A stretch of DNA of 64,000 bases, taken from positions 29,068,213 through 29,132,212 of the forward strand of contig OZ234493.1 of assembly GCA_965153455.1 (NCBI GenBank). The letters run 5' to 3'. Position 1 is the first letter of the stretch; every line of letters starts with the position of its first letter. The position numbers and the translations under genes were made by a program. Origin of the DNA: Sphagnum compactum (lineage: Eukaryota). The notes beneath the pieces were generated by a model. The model was given only the letters and a program-made list of their open reading frames with translations, made no database searches and was not told the DNA's origin. Positions 63,186-64,000 of the stretch are shown here, one piece after another.

Positions 63186-64000
63186 TGTTTCATTATAAGA
63201 TAGGAAACATGCTTCGATTTTACATTCTATTGCAAAACTAAAAAATGATAAGGTTATTTACTTTCAATACCATTTGATAGACCTAATAATGCATAAAAAA
63301 TAACTACTTTTGATTGGTTAGTATAATGATTGACCTAGATAGTTGCATTTAAACAAACTATCACCTTGTATTTTTTCATTTTTCATGTTTATAAGTGAGG
63401 ATTGTAAAACAATTGATGCATTATGTTGAATATAATGATTATAAATGTCTTGCTCCTTGCAAACAATTTTGAATCCATGAACATCTAGTATCTAAATGAC
63501 CAAGCATCATAATAATAACCTAGTTCTAGGTTTTTTAGGTCAAGATAAATTATTTTAAGTTTATCTATTTTTTATATCCACATCAATCTAACCCTACAAC
63601 AAAATCATGCAAGCATTGCACAAGGCGTTACACTAATATTTGCAAAGTTTTGTGGGGGTGTCGACCATCATTTCCAAATAGGGGACATGAATGGCATTAC
63701 TTTAAGCTAAATGGTTCCTTCAATTTAAAAAAGTGTTTACCTATTGTTTTCAGAGCAAACAACATGGTCATTAATCTTTCTTCCAACAAGGACTTGGACA
63801 TTGGAACATTACATACCCCACTTAGTAATGCCTGTGACATTAGTGGGGGAGGGGGGGGCGGGATGGTGGCCAACAAATTTAAAAATCAAAATCGTACTAA
63901 CCCAATGAGGAGATGCAATGTGTGCCCTAGAGGCCCATGATTTTTTTCTTTTGGAAAAAGGGGAAGGGGGTTGTGAGATTTTCCTTTTTATTTTTAATAG

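Overview
Eukaryotic land-plant nuclear DNA. The AT-rich, repeat-laden intergenic sequence and the gene types suggest a bryophyte such as a peat moss, but this is inference. Five intact genes can be built by hand: a 4-EF-hand calmodulin-like gene (+), a WVD2-like/TPX2 microtubule-binding gene (-), the 12-exon complex I 39-kDa subunit NDUFA9 (-), the 5-exon TIM10 (+, divergent from NDUFA9), and an EPFL4/5/6-type secreted peptide gene (-). About half the window is transposon-derived. It includes a 12.2-kb decayed non-chromovirus Ty3/Gypsy element with a nested solo LTR in gag and a ~3-kb extra ORF after integrase, a composite head-to-tail Helitron, Tourist and hAT-like MITEs, a foldback MITE family, and several minisatellites. 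The least explained items are a decayed FCP1/NIF-type HAD phosphatase next to a Tnp1/En-Spm-like domain inside repeat DNA, and the retroelement accessory ORF. All exon structures and domain calls were made by eye; no searches were run.
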